24,000 nucleotides of DNA from Arcicella sp. LKC2W (GTDB lineage Bacteria > Bacteroidota > Bacteroidia > Cytophagales > Spirosomataceae): positions 343,960 to 367,959 of the forward strand of contig NZ_JAYGIN010000004.1 in assembly GCF_034931005.1 (NCBI RefSeq), in the 5' to 3' direction. The notes under the pieces are model-generated. The model made no database searches. It saw only the letters and a program-made list of their open reading frames with translations, and was not told where the DNA came from. This document shows positions 23,043 through 24,000 of this stretch, one piece after another; the first letter of the stretch is position 1; every line of letters starts with the position of its first letter. The position numbers and the translations under genes were made by a program.

Positions 23043-23805
23043 ATTGGTTAATGGTCTTTTGTAAATGTAAATATTTCGATTTGAAACGGTTATATTTTAT
23101 GGTAGGTTGAGTGCTGATAACCCCCAAACAATACTTGCTAATTGAGCCTTCACGTAGGTTGTATTTTCTGAAAATATCAATAATTGGAGATGACCCCAAT
23201 TGTTCTTGTTTTACCTCAGCAATAGCGATTTTAGGAAAATTTACTTCTTGATTATTTCCTTGAAATTGTAAATTAATATCAATCGTTAAACGCTCAGGAC
23301 TTGTTCTGTTGACGAAGGTCATTCGACGGTAATTTACGCCTAAATTCTCTTGAATGTCATAAGGTCTGTACGGACTTGTTTTTTCTAAAAATTGAGACAT
23401 TTGTGGGCTAAATACCTCATCAGGACTTCCTTCTATTCGTTTTTTGATGGTTCTTCCTTTATTATTTTTATGCTTAATTTCTAAAAACGATAATGACGAA
23501 TTAAGATATGTTCGAAATCTGATTTTATACCGACTACCCCTTCCAGATTGATGATGATGATATAATTCCAATTGTTGAGTATCAAAATAGCGACTTTCAT
23601 AAGCAGATAATCGTTCCCCTTTCACTTCTAAAATTCGGTAAAGTGGCAACGCTTCTTCCAAAATTTGCGGTAAAAGATGAATAGGAATAATATATTTTAC
23701 GTCAACTCGATTCATCAGGCTAACACCATCCATTTGTTTGAGGTCAATTTTTTCAAACTTCGAGGTAATAACTTTAATTTCTTCTATATAAAATGCTGGA
23801 TTCAT
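22981..23805 (-). CDS. VTC-domain / triphosphate-tunnel (CYTH-like) polyphosphate polymerase-like protein
   Basis: Charged residues alternate on predicted beta-strands, typical of tunnel metalloenzymes: RVDVKY, YESRYFDT, RYKIRFRTY, FLEIKHK, RLTIDINL and IAEVK. The size of 274 aa fits bacterial VTC-domain proteins. Confidence 0.7.
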   Translation of the reverse strand: MNPAFYIEEIKVITSKFEKIDLKQMDGVSLMNRVDVKYIIPIHLLPQILEEALPLYRILEVKGERLSAYESRYFDTQQLELYHHHQSGRGSRYKIRFRTYLNSSLSFLEIKHKNNKGRTIKKRIEGSPDEVFSPQMSQFLEKTSPYRPYDIQENLGVNYRRMTFVNRTSPERLTIDINLQFQGNNQEVNFPKIAIAEVKQEQLGSSPIIDIFRKYNLREGSISKYCLGVISTQPTIKYNRFKSKYLHLQKTINQYDLFTINNTFIPHPSEYSMA

Positions 23806-23923
23806 AGTATTTGCAAAATCTATAACTGCTTGATTACAAGTGGAAACGACTTGTTTTGGTCGTTTTGGTTGAACTAAAGTTTGATAAATTTAAGATAGAG
23901 ACATAAAATCAAATCGGAACTAT

Positions 23924-24000
23924 CTACAATTTGTCGCAGAATAAAATTAGCCCACAGATTGTACTTATTCAACGGATTTACACGGATAAATTTAAAGAAA
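23924..24000 (+). repeat. REP-like family A copy (runs off the window end)
   Basis: ctacaatttgtcgcagaataaaattagcccacagattgtacttattcaacggatttacacggataaatttaaagaaa. The 3' part matches 5702-5760. The tttgtcgcaga 11-mer matches the reverse complement of 5936-5946. Confidence 0.85.

Overview
AT-rich chromosomal segment that looks like Bacteroidota: lipobox lipoproteins, a TonB-dependent receptor, TAnnTTTG-type -7 boxes and no obvious Shine-Dalgarno sequences. I call 22 protein-coding genes. Most are housekeeping: tag, a GT2 polyprenol-phosphate mannosyltransferase, hemJ, dxs, two rhomboid proteases, cysS, ilvA, a Gfo/Idh/MocA oxidoreductase, an ABC exporter and an MFS transporter. I found no rRNA, tRNA, CRISPR array, transposase or integrase. 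The unusual content is mostly non-coding. (1) A 378-bp intergenic element (20188-20565) holds about 9.8 tandem copies of a 29-bp CAACGT-containing unit, bracketed by a perfect 26-bp inverted repeat whose arms are themselves hairpins. (2) A dispersed REP-like palindromic family built from ACNGATT words at 9-nt spacing occurs at four loci. (3) A 68-aa tautomerase gene is bracketed by two further hairpin-repeat families. The most interesting coding candidate is a tight minus-strand operon (21751-23805). It encodes a VTC/triphosphate-tunnel polyphosphate-polymerase-like protein, a DUF4956-like inner-membrane protein and an outer-membrane beta-barrel. This may be an uncharacterised envelope polyphosphate system. 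All functional calls rest on motif recognition by eye; no database search was run.
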